Assembly (NCBI GenBank): GCA_032718475.1
Contig: JAUCBJ010008713.1
Coordinates: 1 to 38,646 of the forward strand
From: Nemertoderma westbladi
Lineage: Eukaryota > Animalia > Xenacoelomorpha
DNA: 38,646 bases
Direction of reading: 5' to 3'
Position numbers and translations under genes: made by a program. Under the pieces are notes generated by a model that ran no database searches, was not told the DNA's origin, and saw only the letters and a program-made list of their open reading frames with translations. Every line of letters begins with the position of its first letter. Positions within the stretch are counted from its first letter, which is position 1. Below are positions 1 through 10,566 of this stretch, piece after piece.

Positions 1-22
1 CTGAAAAATTGCAAAATTAAAT

Positions 23-3000
23 TTAGTTACTAGTGAAAAATAGCGATGCAGAGAATGTATCATTATCTGATGACATGTCAGACTCACTCTCGCTGTCTAT
101 ATCTAACCTTCCATCAATGGTCATACAAGTTTGCTCTGTTTCTATGTCACTGGCCACTGGGTGTGTCTGTTCACTGGTGATGTACTTTGTTCCAAGACGT
201 TCTTTTAATGTCTTGTTAGATGGGCCAGTACAGAACCAACCCACGCGAGTCCTTCCTGCATAAGCAGACAAAGGTTTTGGGTACTCGGGTCTCTTTTCTA
301 GGACTTCTAATGCCTCAGGGACGTTTTGCCCTACCAGCAACTGTACACCTGGGTAATCGGGGGGGAATCTTGGGATATTATGTTCCCTAGTGAAGTTATC
401 TTCATCCCAGTTATATTCCTCAGCCTGGCTTCGTGCGAAATTTTTAATGGCTACCATTTTTACATTTTTGACACTGTCTACACCCTGAGTATCCTGCGGG
501 GCAGATAGAGAGCCCTTATAGTACACTGTTTCTACAGTAGACTGCCACTTCTGCATGATACCCGAGAGGTTCAATTTCATTTTGTGACTTTCGCTTTCAT
601 GGAATATGGTGTCTGCCAAATCCTTATCTATGAAGGTACCGGTGCTACCAGTATCCATTAAGGCATTGACCACTACACTACAATTTCGTGCATGAAGACG
701 CACCTGCAATAATGGAAATTCACGGACACCCCTTATTTCCATGCGTCCTATTGGACTTGGAAGATGATTTGCTCTAAAACAACTTTCCATGATGGGGTCC
801 TCAGGGTCTTCATATGTGAGTGCTTCATACACATCTATATTATTGCAGCACTCATCGTCATCAGAAAATTCTCCAGGAAAAAACTTATCTGGCTCCTCAT
901 CTGTGTCCCTTATGTCCTGCTCTACAAAGTGTACACGTTGGTCGGTTTCCCCATTGGGGTCACGTTCTTGATGTAAAAGTGAGTGATGGGGACCTTGACA
1001 AATATTACAAGAGTTGGTATTTACTAGACTACATTTTCTTCTGAGATGCCCCGGTTTAAGGCAGAGAAAACAGGAAAGCAAGTCCATGGCCGTTTGCCTG
1101 CGTTCCTTGAGGGTTTTCTTCAAGAACATTGGGCAGCGCGATAAGGGGTGTATTTCGAGTTTACACAGAGGACACTTATATGCCATTGGGGTTATGGTGT
1201 TGTTAACCTTAGTCTTCCGGTCCTCCAGATCGTTATTTCTAGGCTTTAAATTTGGTTTAGAATAAGTCTCGCCCCTTTCTGTATGTTTTAGATTTTGAAC
1301 TGGCTTCTCAATGCTATGTTGTTTTTTACCTTTGTTATAATTGGGTTTGCTCAGGTAAACGTTCCCATAACCATCTTCTTCTGGCTCACTGTTAGAGAGA
1401 AGCTCTTCAAAATTGGTCCGGTAGGCATATCGTTTTTTAATAGTAGCCTTCTCCGTTTTGGACTCTGAACGATTGGCTCCCTTTTCGCGGTCGAGGGTCT
1501 TGAGATAAGTTTTTACTTCATCATCTAGAAATCCCCTGAAAGTATTCATATCTGGGGATGACCCATTTCTTTTATTATACACCATAGTTAATCTATCCCA
1601 TCTGGTCCAAATGGAACCTTTTGGTAAAGCACTGGAAACCATCTGTACTGTCATAGCAGTGTCATAAACTTCACTTCGATTAAGCCAATCAAGCTGCCTA
1701 CAGATTTCCTCGACATCGTCTCTAAATTCAATTATGGCATTTTGAGAGACTCTGCCTTTGGAGGTGAGTCTCTCATACATGCATCGTGCTAAGCTGTCCT
1801 CATTGCCGTAACGTTCTCTTAACATATTCCACACGATATTTACACCATCCGCATGTCCAACATATCTAGCCGCCATATGCTTAGGGGAACCTTCGAGGCA
1901 ATTGATTAAGAATCTTAATTTCTCGCTATTACTTAATGGCGAGTCTAGAATATTGTCCTTACAAAATTCGGTAAAGGATAGCCATTTTAATTCATCTCCA
2001 TCAAATTTCATTATTTGACCTGTTGAAACACACTGTCGGGCTTCAGTACGAGCCATGTGTTTTGATAGGTCTGCCTGGATGACTGATGAATTAAATAGGA
2101 TGTCTGTCAATGGTGAATTGTTGTTGTCCTGATATGTGGTATTTTCTGCCTGAATACCATTCACATCCGACGCTCGTTTTAGGATCCGCATCCCTCGAGC
2201 ATTGGTTGGTGAATCTGTTTGCTTATTAGCTGTTGCCACAGTATCCTGTAAAATAACCAGTTGTTGCTGTAGGTCTTCATTTTCCTTCAATATGGAGTTC
2301 AATTGTTCCTTACACTCCTTCAATTGGCCTTCAGCTGGCTCCTGGCCAGGATGCAGCTTGTAATTTCTTCTGTCTGGAAATGGTGCATTGGTAAAATTGT
2401 CAGGTGTGCTATCATCTGGAAATGATACGGCATTAACTCTGGTATAGCGTGAGTCACCCTGTGGCGAGACACATCGTCCGTGAGTATCTTGTGCGAATCT
2501 AACTTCCGGGTGAGGGAGGGGTGTCACATTATTATATAGTGGGACAAACGTCCGCCTTCCAGGCGATAACGGCATTGCCTCATTCCAGTCCCGATATCCT
2601 GTTACCGGCGCTATTGCGGTTTTTATAGCGGGGCCAGTGGGAGACAGCCTATCATCTGGATTGGTGTAATATGGGCGGTTATGATATGGTTTGTAATATG
2701 AGTCAACTTCAGTTGTCACTGGGAAACCTATGTGGTGTTCAATAACTGGCATGTCCCTTAAGGGTATATTTTCTGCATGGACTTGATCCACCCTTGAAGT
2801 AATGGGGGGAATATATTTCGAGGTGGTTGGGGGGTGAGGTTCCCTTTCCAAACGAGTTATTGGTGAGACTCCACTACCAAAAGAAATTCTTCCTTCTCTA
2901 GATTGTGCTACTGTACTAGATAAGTAACCATGGTCCCGTAGCCGGGAGTATGTCATTGATGGGATGGCTTGGGTAACTTGAACAGGACATTGCATGTTTG

Positions 3001-4942
3001 TGGTTTTAACATTTGGGTTTATAGTGTGAGATAAGTTACTGCTGGTAATTGGAGAGGTTACTGCCGTGGTCTTCGGCAGGCCATCAGATTTATGCGTTTC
3101 TACTACTGAGTCAATGAACTCGGGTGAAGCACCACTATCGCTTGGTTTAACAGTGAAGACGCTGTGTGTAGAAGAGGGTGGCGGGTGCTCCCCATTCGAC
3201 ATTTTATCTACTGTCACATTCTCGTGTATTGTTAGAGCCTTAGGCTCATTCGGCTCTACTACCTCTGGCAATTTTTCCAGGGAATGCTTAGGAGCAGCGC
3301 CAGTGTGGAAACTATCAACCATGCTGGCATAATCACCAGAGATCACATTTCGATCTCGAGGAGGGAGGTCTGGTAAAACTACTCGGGTGGCTCGCCTGCG
3401 TTTACTCTTGGAGCTCCTCACACTTCCACCTGCATCCGTGGAAATGCACTCATCGGATGAAGTAAAAGTATCCTTAAAGGACTTATCACATCCTTGTTGT
3501 ACGCTAGCCCTTTCCTTGCGGTGTTGTTCGTCTTGCATTAGTAGGGCTAGCTTCTGCTTTATAGCTAGTTCCTTCTCCACGAAAGCTGTAAGTTGAGCTT
3601 CCTGTTTGGCGAGTTGTGATTTCTCTTTAGCAGACTGTAGTTTTCTCATAGTATCATCTAATTCTGCCCTTTTTTTATTTGCTGCTAATTGTAGTTCTAA
3701 TTCTAGAATTTCCCGCTTGGCGGCGTGTTGAACTTTTCGTTCTTGTAGGAAGCACTCTGCGTCTATAGTATCAAGGACATCTCTGGTTTCCTTACTGGAA
3801 GGTGCTAAGCCTTTAAGACGCGTCCTCAACTCTGTTTCTCCAACTGTCTTGATATAAGAACCCAAATACCTTGATATGGCATCCATACCATCGCTGAGTT
3901 GAGATTCTTCCGAGTCTAAATCGGAATTATTAGCAGCCTCTTTCCCAGAGCAAGCTATGTCTTCACCAGGAGGTAATACCGGCCCATGTAATGACTCAAG
4001 AGCTAAGGCTTTCCTTGCTATTACTGCCGTTTCTGTCAGTTGGCGAGTCAGCATGGATGAGAGTTTACTGTCATTATATCTAGATGCCATCTCATGAAAG
4101 GCAGATAGTATAAGCCGTATCCTACAAATGATTTCCTTTACCTCAAGATACTTAGCTGGGTTTGTCTTAGGGTCGGGTTGCTCAAGTTTTAATTTATGGG
4201 TCACCATTTCTATATGATGCTCAAATTTGCTTACATGTATGCATGCCTCGGTAACCAATTGCTCAATATTGGTAACGCCCCGAGGTACCTTTAACCTATA
4301 TAGTTCATCCCAAGGTAGCTCATTGAATCTGAAGAACTTATCTAGGGCTGGCTGGTTATAGTATAAGTTGACCAGGTAATGTAGTTCGTCGGTGTATATG
4401 TCCTGTTCAATGGCTAATATACCCTCTTCAACCTTGTGCCGGTAGCTGTCTATCTCCTCTAACAGGAAAGCTAGTCTGACTTGGGGAGTAGACAAGAGAG
4501 GCTCGTTAAAACTGAGCTGCTGACTTGCACTAGCTAGTAAAATCGGAACTTCCTCGCTACTTGTTTGGGAGTGAGTAAACATGATTGGGGAAGTATCTGC
4601 CAATAACGGCTGACCCTGACCTTGACCAATGCCGTCTTCAAGGTTAATAAGGTTCAGATGGGTGCTGGGTTCACTTACCATTGTACCAGTTGTCGGGCAT
4701 GTAAGTGGCCGGGCGATTGGTGACCTATCTCCATCCATTGGTTTGTCAGAAAGGTTCTGGCCAAGTCTAGCTTCTTCCGCCTCCCTGGAGACCTGCCTGG
4801 TGCGTATTCTTGAACGCTCCGAAATTTTCTTACTGCGAACTGGTTGAGCTATCATAGGCATAGTGTGAGGTGGTATGAGCCCCGCAGGGTTCAGTGTGAG
4901 GGGTTCTGACTTTCGACTCAAATCGCTATCAGTGGTTGACAT
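23..4942 (-). CDS. gag: BEL/Pao LTR retrotransposon Gag-aspartic protease polyprotein (element A), 1639 aa
   Basis: Uninterrupted ORF. DUF1759-like capsid block (KFDGDELKWLSF...EKLRFLINCLEG...LRERYG); BEL-type triple Cys/His knuckles (CPLCKLEIHPLSRC, CFLCLKPGHLRRKC, CNICQGPHHSLLH); protease motif ALMDTGSTGTFI plus LLVGQN and RTRVGW. No RT in this ORF. Confidence 0.9.
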   Translation of the reverse strand: MSTTDSDLSRKSEPLTLNPAGLIPPHTMPMIAQPVRSKKISERSRIRTRQVSREAEEARLGQNLSDKPMDGDRSPIARPLTCPTTGTMVSEPSTHLNLINLEDGIGQGQGQPLLADTSPIMFTHSQTSSEEVPILLASASQQLSFNEPLLSTPQVRLAFLLEEIDSYRHKVEEGILAIEQDIYTDELHYLVNLYYNQPALDKFFRFNELPWDELYRLKVPRGVTNIEQLVTEACIHVSKFEHHIEMVTHKLKLEQPDPKTNPAKYLEVKEIICRIRLILSAFHEMASRYNDSKLSSMLTRQLTETAVIARKALALESLHGPVLPPGEDIACSGKEAANNSDLDSEESQLSDGMDAISRYLGSYIKTVGETELRTRLKGLAPSSKETRDVLDTIDAECFLQERKVQHAAKREILELELQLAANKKRAELDDTMRKLQSAKEKSQLAKQEAQLTAFVEKELAIKQKLALLMQDEQHRKERASVQQGCDKSFKDTFTSSDECISTDAGGSVRSSKSKRRRATRVVLPDLPPRDRNVISGDYASMVDSFHTGAAPKHSLEKLPEVVEPNEPKALTIHENVTVDKMSNGEHPPPSSTHSVFTVKPSDSGASPEFIDSVVETHKSDGLPKTTAVTSPITSSNLSHTINPNVKTTNMQCPVQVTQAIPSMTYSRLRDHGYLSSTVAQSREGRISFGSGVSPITRLEREPHPPTTSKYIPPITSRVDQVHAENIPLRDMPVIEHHIGFPVTTEVDSYYKPYHNRPYYTNPDDRLSPTGPAIKTAIAPVTGYRDWNEAMPLSPGRRTFVPLYNNVTPLPHPEVRFAQDTHGRCVSPQGDSRYTRVNAVSFPDDSTPDNFTNAPFPDRRNYKLHPGQEPAEGQLKECKEQLNSILKENEDLQQQLVILQDTVATANKQTDSPTNARGMRILKRASDVNGIQAENTTYQDNNNSPLTDILFNSSVIQADLSKHMARTEARQCVSTGQIMKFDGDELKWLSFTEFCKDNILDSPLSNSEKLRFLINCLEGSPKHMAARYVGHADGVNIVWNMLRERYGNEDSLARCMYERLTSKGRVSQNAIIEFRDDVEEICRQLDWLNRSEVYDTAMTVQMVSSALPKGSIWTRWDRLTMVYNKRNGSSPDMNTFRGFLDDEVKTYLKTLDREKGANRSESKTEKATIKKRYAYRTNFEELLSNSEPEEDGYGNVYLSKPNYNKGKKQHSIEKPVQNLKHTERGETYSKPNLKPRNNDLEDRKTKVNNTITPMAYKCPLCKLEIHPLSRCPMFLKKTLKERRQTAMDLLSCFLCLKPGHLRRKCSLVNTNSCNICQGPHHSLLHQERDPNGETDQRVHFVEQDIRDTDEEPDKFFPGEFSDDDECCNNIDVYEALTYEDPEDPIMESCFRANHLPSPIGRMEIRGVREFPLLQVRLHARNCSVVVNALMDTGSTGTFIDKDLADTIFHESESHKMKLNLSGIMQKWQSTVETVYYKGSLSAPQDTQGVDSVKNVKMVAIKNFARSQAEEYNWDEDNFTREHNIPRFPPDYPGVQLLVGQNVPEALEVLEKRPEYPKPLSAYAGRTRVGWFCTGPSNKTLKERLGTKYITSEQTHPVASDIETEQTCMTIDGRLDIDSESESDMSSDNDTFSASLFFTSN

Positions 4943-5931
4943 GTTTTAATTTTATAATTTTGAAATTCGAAGTTTTATTGCAAAGCTAAGTGTTATTTTA
5001 TTCCACACAGGTTAGAAATTGCCAAAAACTTCTTGTAACTTCAAATATTATGAACACCACCTAGCGGAAATTCATACACACGATATACACCCTTTATTTC
5101 TCAGTAATCCAGGTAGAGCTAGCTCTTAGCTAGGATTAATGTACTTTATACTTTCAAATGAATCAGTGCTCTGCCTTACTTCTTTAAAGCTGAGTTCTAT
5201 GCCGAACTTATAAAGTTTGAGACATCCCTAAATTTCATAAGACCAAATACAGTAAATCCAAGCAATAAATAACACACGCCTGAGGGATTTTATTAGACAA
5301 GCCCGCACACACACGCTACAGAGACAGTGACGTTTGAATGCAATAAGGGTTTATCATTCAATCCCTGTTATTCCCTGAAACAACAAGTGTGGATGAATTG
5401 TATACTCGGTTCGCCTGAAATTAAACGATAATATGTTTAAAACTGATTTTGGCGTCAGGGTCTGGGTTTTACCTGTAAATAAATGAGAAATTTTAAACAG
5501 CCACAGGGAATAAATCTGTCAAAGACAAATTTCTGTGGTAGATTTATGGCTGAAATATAACGACAGGTATAGCTGTACTGTATGTGTCGTCTTCCTTGTG
5601 AGGTTATTTGAAAGGTCGTTACGATAACACTATTTGTAACTAAGTGATGCGTACTTAATTTAGGGCACGTGTTGTAACACTAAGTTACCAATTTAAATGA
5701 CAATCAACTTGTCCTAATTTCAATTATCACAGAAATGTAGGGGATGAGACGTTCGATAGATTTAAAGATATTACTGTATGTTAAGTACCTCGCGAAATGT
5801 AACTGATAAAATAATAAATAGGTTTCGGTGTCCGTTTCACACGACGATGCGAACTCGATCATGTAATCGTGCAACGGGAAAATATATAGTTATTAATTTG
5901 TCAGAAGTTAATTGCTCCACAGACACATACA

Positions 5932-6283
5932 GATTGCCTCGATTTATAAATCGCACGGATATACGGGGCCTTACTCCTTATATGGTATTACGCAGACTGC
6001 CAATTAATGAAATTCAAATAAACTATAGAAATTGATGGTTGCACGTATTTACTCAATGGCATTCGAATCTAGGTGTACCTATAATTCCTTGCATAGATCA
6101 CGAATATCATACACACAATGTTCACAAATTTAAACGAAATACCAAATACGTTGTACCAAATATTAAATGTCACACCGCACTTACGTACTAAAGAAGAGTA
6201 TCCGTTACTGTTGATGCCCCACTAGTTCATTCAAGCCGATTGCCTCGATTTACAAGTCGCTCAGATAGACGAGGCCTTACTCC
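5932..6283. repeat. Dispersed ~46-bp direct repeat (5932-5977 and 6238-6283)
   Basis: gattgcctcgatttataaatcgcacggatatacggggccttactcc versus gattgcctcgatttacaagtcgctcagatagacgaggccttactcc. Confidence 0.8.
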
Positions 6284-7255
6284 GTGCAAGTTAGTAGGTT
6301 TTACACACGAAGAGTAACAGGATACTTCAACCTTATCAATAAGGCGTCAACAAAGTAGTACTTGGCCCGTAATATAATGTAAAACGATCAATCAGAAAAC
6401 TACGTAGTTTCAGTCCTACACGTATTAATTCCAGTTTATTCACGAACAAAATCACTAACGTAGGTAAGAACGTCCGAGCGTGCACTCTCATAGAACCTAC
6501 CTTAAGCTAGTTGGTTGTTTGATGTTGCAAAGTACCGTACTTTATTTCATCAAAGTAACAAGAGAACGACTATTACTGTCCTCAGGCATTTAAGACAAGA
6601 TTAATTTTACAGTTCTCAATGGTAATATAAAGTTCGATCGCGTAACCCAATTTCGAAGTTCAAACACCCCACTAGACCTAGTCAGTCGTAAAGTACTAAT
6701 TGCCTCGGTGTACCCACGAATCCGTGGGAGCACTTATACAACGGATCGTTACTTTGATACAATAGATGGGACGTAAAGTACAGTAGATATTGATGGCTGT
6801 AAACTGAAATTAGGGAGGGGATATGTTGTAATATACGTGTAGACAGTTCCGTTTCACTACGTTGTATGCAAGTATTCGTAATTATGACTTATTATGAATT
6901 AATAATGAAACATTTGTGAAAGGTCTAGGTATAGGGTAAGTATACTTATTACTCGTACTATTGAATCGATATTGCTATACATTGATCTTAAATATATTTG
7001 TTATGAATGCTTGTGTTCGTGTTGGTAAATAATATTACAGTGTTGGATGTCATACACACTCAATACGTTTGAACCGTTGTCGCCTGTAGGGCAATACTCG
7101 AAGTTAGCAACTCACCTATTATGGTGGTAAATAAAACGAGATGTTTCCTTTAAACAATGTTAATACATAATGAGCAACAACGATAATAACAGCAATAATA
7201 ACAATAAATCAATGTTAACTGTGTAAGTATGTAAGATAAGCATGTAAAAGGGTAA

Positions 7256-7331
7256 GTAAGTGAAAGTAAGTGAAAAGTAAGTGAAAGTAAGTGAAAGTAA
7301 GTGAAAGTAAGTGAAAGTAAGTGAAAGTAAG
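7256..7331 (+). repeat. Minisatellite (GTAAGTGAAA)n, 7 full copies plus a partial
   Basis: Read directly from the sequence. Confidence 0.95.
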
Positions 7332-7707
7332 GTAATAGTCTAGACCTCTTAGATCTTATGAGGTCTATTTACGGGGTTTGAGGGTAATAATATGAAGGTT
7401 ACGCCTACAAAATGAACTAAATCTAAACTATAAATACAATTGTCACAGAAGGACGGCCACTGGTAGTAGTAGCCAATGAGGACCCACAAACACGAAAGCA
7501 ACACTACTCGCTATCTGTAAGCTGAGTGCAGACTTTCTGAGCCGACCAATAGGAGAAATAGGCAGACTAAATACAAATATCAGATTTACCAGCACGAATA
7601 AGTAGTGGGGCTAGCCGTGTATCTGAATAGCTATATTGCTGTACACAACACATATTATACAGTAACACTAGCGTTACATAGATTTTGGGGCTTGTGGAGC
7701 TGCATCA

Positions 7708-8297
7708 AAACCCGATCGTCCGCCTCAGGTAAACTAGTAATTCCTCTAACTCATCTACATGTCGCTCACCAATCTATCTCCGTGTTAGGACCTTTATATT
7801 GGAACAGTCTACCAAACAATATTATAAATATAAAATCCGCAACAATATTTAAACAAACACAAAAAAAACACCTGAAAGACAATATGACTTAAATAATATT
7901 AATATATAAATAAATAATTATAGTAATAATATAATAAAATAATACAATCATATTTAAAAATAAATATTAATCTATTAATGGTATGAATGTTGCGATAAAA
8001 TAGGAGTCTTAGGGGCCGCATGGTAGGATACTATACTTTTGGATACTATTTAAAATTGACGAAATTAATTAAATACAATACAAATAATAATATAAATTCT
8101 GACAACCCGTGAGTACATATATTTTTACTACCCCCCCCCCCCCCCCCCCCCCCCCAATTGGTTTAGCTGGAGGCCTTGACTAGCTCGGCTATTGCCACCA
8201 GCCATATAACCAGCCTGCACTTTTTTTAATATACATCTATACATATATATATCAATATTTCTATATTGTAAGTGCGGTAAATAAATTTATATATATC
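7708..8297 (+). mobile_element. 5'-truncated LINE fragment, L2/CR1 group (ORF2 C-terminus plus 3' UTR)
   Basis: TRS...LVIP...SISVLGPLYWNSLPNNI...FKQTQKKHL matches the terminal GPxxWNxLP...FK motif of CR1/L2-group ORF2; followed by an AT-rich UTR with AATAAA near 8280. Confidence 0.7.
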
Positions 8298-8336
8298 TAT
8301 CGTGAAATAATATAATAATTGAATTGAATAATTTAA

Positions 8337-8543
8337 TTGAATCTTGTACTTTGGCAGCCTCATGGAGCGAATAAGCATGGTGGACAGCCCATGACTTTCT
8401 TGAGACGCATCTTAAAGGACACTGGCCTTGAAGATGCGGATGATCTAGCAAATGTCATGGGTGATAGGGAGTTGTGGCGGCACAATTTTGTCGACAGCCG
8501 CAGCTGCAATGCAGCATGCTGATTGTAGTAGTAGTAGTAGTAG
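8337..8543 (+). mobile_element. 5'-truncated RTE-clade LINE 3' end with (GTA)n tail
   Basis: LVLWQPHG...G.P.TF...ILKDTGL...LANVMGDRELWR resembles the RTE C-terminal motif; very short 3' UTR followed by (GTA)6 at 8525-8543. Confidence 0.75.
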
Positions 8544-8567
8544 AACGCGACAGTTGCCGAAACGCGA

Positions 8568-9772
8568 TGTAACCGCTTGTAATCGATTTTCACGCCTTTG
8601 TAGGAAGCACTATAGAATCTACAGTCCCTCGTAATTCTAATTTAGATAAAGTATATAATATTTCACATATTATCCCCATCCGCATTCCTTAATTCAAGCC
8701 TCACCCATTTACCATCCAATATACAACGGCCTTGTCCTTCACAGTCACCCCTAATCACTAATAAACCCACCGCAGTAGCAACATTGTAACATCACCCTAG
8801 GCCTCTCTCCCAATAACATTTACCCAATGGGAGAGCCTCACCTTATTAGCCGTCCTCTTTCCTATTATTTGCCCTTGCTTCATTCAACCAGGGAATTATT
8901 ATTATAGCCAATAAAAACTCTATAACATAACGTTGCAGTGCATACGATTATGGAGTTTGCCAGTCAATATTAATCATGATTTAACGTGTATTTAACAGAT
9001 CCTTGCTAAGGAAAGACCACTATCCTTAGCAAGTGATAATTAGGGGTCAACTACATATTGACCCCAAACACCGGGTTCATAAGAGGCCATATTTCACAAA
9101 ATCAGCAGTCAGAAACACTCAGCCTTGTAGATGGCAGCCCCCTGGCCCGCCATCTTGACTCAGTTTCTCAGCAGTCGGGCTGGACTGTTCCTATACTCTC
9201 CTTTACTTCGCCTAGTATCGGTGGGGCTTAGGAGCGTGGCTACCGCTGAGAACCGAACCGAGCTTGTGGCCAACCAGCCCTCTAGCTAAAACTTGCGCAC
9301 TCTGCCCGCAGACTCATTGGAGCGACCTTCGGTCAAACCTAAGTCGTAGGATAAAGTAGCAGCTAACTTTCGGCGTCCAATTCGGTCGCACCCCCGTTTG
9401 GACAGAGAAGGTAACCTGGTGTTTGCACTATTGCCCAGTTTATTACGACTGTTTTAGCAACCTATTTTAATTTTAGACCTTTTTTGACTTATGTATTTTA
9501 GCCCAGAAACGACTAAAATACTACATTTTGTGTATTATCCTTTTGGTTAATTATTTGGATTGTATAATTTTTCGATGTTATACTTTGGTTCCTAACGGAC
9601 CCAAACCACCCCTCATCCGGTTTCTCTTTTTCTCTCTTCCCAGAGGTTTTCTATGGTGTTACGTACCTCACACTATTTTTTATACCAATGAAGACATTAA
9701 TAACATCTGGAAAATAGAAATCACTGTGATTTAGTATTATCTTGAAACGGTTGAGGAAGTCCGTAAATAACA
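8568..9772 (+). mobile_element. Possible solo-LTR or LTR-leader remnant
   Basis: Starts TGTAAC and ends TAACA; several CCAAT boxes; internal intron-like segment; shares the short motifs atggcagcc, cgcacccc and gagaaggtaa, in the same order, with 34419-34565. No TSD found. Confidence 0.3.
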
Positions 9773-10312
9773 AGTCGTTGAAGGACCGTGTTCTATGCGA
9801 GCTATTTACAAGTCAGTCTTTCCGCCGAGGAGAAACCAAAACAGTAAACGAGTGTATTAACATTAGGAATTATTTTTGAGATACTTAAAAATACGCTTAG
9901 GATCCTATTGTGCTGAAAGGCACGATAAATCCTTTACACCGCTGCGACGCGCCTGTCTGTAACTGGCAGACAGGCGCCAGCAGTATGTTTGTTCCTGATA
10001 GACAGGCGCCAGCAGTCTGTCGGTAACTTGTAGCTAGGCGCCAGCTGTCTGTAACTGGGAGCTAAGCTCCCGATTATAACAAGTCGTTGAAGGACCGTGT
10101 TCTATGCGAGTCAGTCTTTCCGCCGAGGAGAAACCAAAACAGTAAACGGAAATTTTGAGATACTTAAAAAGCCGTTTAGGATCTTATTGTGCTCAAAGGC
10201 ACGAGAAATCCTTTACACCGCTGCGACGCCCTTGTCTGTAACGTAACTGGTAGCCAGGCGCCAGCAGTCAGTTTGTAACTGGTAGCCAGGCGCCAAGCAG
10301 TCTGTCTGAGAC
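9767..10312. repeat. Tandem duplication (~309-bp period) with internal ~30-bp subrepeats (gtaactgg...aggcgccagcagt)
   Basis: ataacaagtcgttgaaggaccgtgttctatgcgag at 9767 and 10076, with collinear downstream blocks. Confidence 0.9.
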
Positions 10313-10476
10313 AGTTAATCATAAGAATGTAATTTAAAGTGATAAATTAACATACAATGGTATCTACACTAAGGTAGTTACTAATAATTGTTCTATAAAG
10401 GTTTTAATAGTTGCCGCCTTTGATTGCCTTTGTGAGACTTTATTCATTGCATAAGTAATTGCCTTTGTCAAAAGTG

Positions 10477-10484
10477 TATAAATA
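10477..10484 (+). promoter_or_regulatory. Candidate TATA box of the FReD gene
   Basis: TATAAATA about 90 nt upstream of the signal-peptide ATG at 10567. Confidence 0.5.
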
Positions 10485-10566
10485 GGAGGATTTTTAGGGC
10501 ATTAAAACCATTCTTTAACAGAAAATTATTACACAAATTATTAAGTTATTTACAAATACTGTAAAA

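Larger units (their letters stand above)
1..7680 (-). mobile_element. BEL/Pao element A: Gag-PR ORF plus a long upstream non-coding leader/LTR region; continues off the left edge
   Basis: ORF as above, preceded by about 2.7 kb without long ORFs that carries minus-strand splice-like sites and CCAAT motifs at ~7473 and ~7546. The upstream limit is inferred from the next insertion; no LTR pair is visible. Confidence 0.55.

Noticed and set aside
33-4847. Short plus-strand ORFs overlapping Gag A
   Set aside because: Antisense shadows of a long coding frame, with no motifs.
7441-7447. TGTGAC on the minus strand as the start of element A's 5' LTR, echoing 24929
   Set aside because: Only a 6-nt match; no second LTR or TSD in the window to confirm it, and promoter-like motifs continue beyond it.
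8130-8155. Poly-C/poly-G tracts (also ~13980, 17720, 18455, 34855, 36405) as functional G-quadruplex elements
   Set aside because: Simple homopolymers inside unrelated repeats, with no shared context and unreliable lengths.
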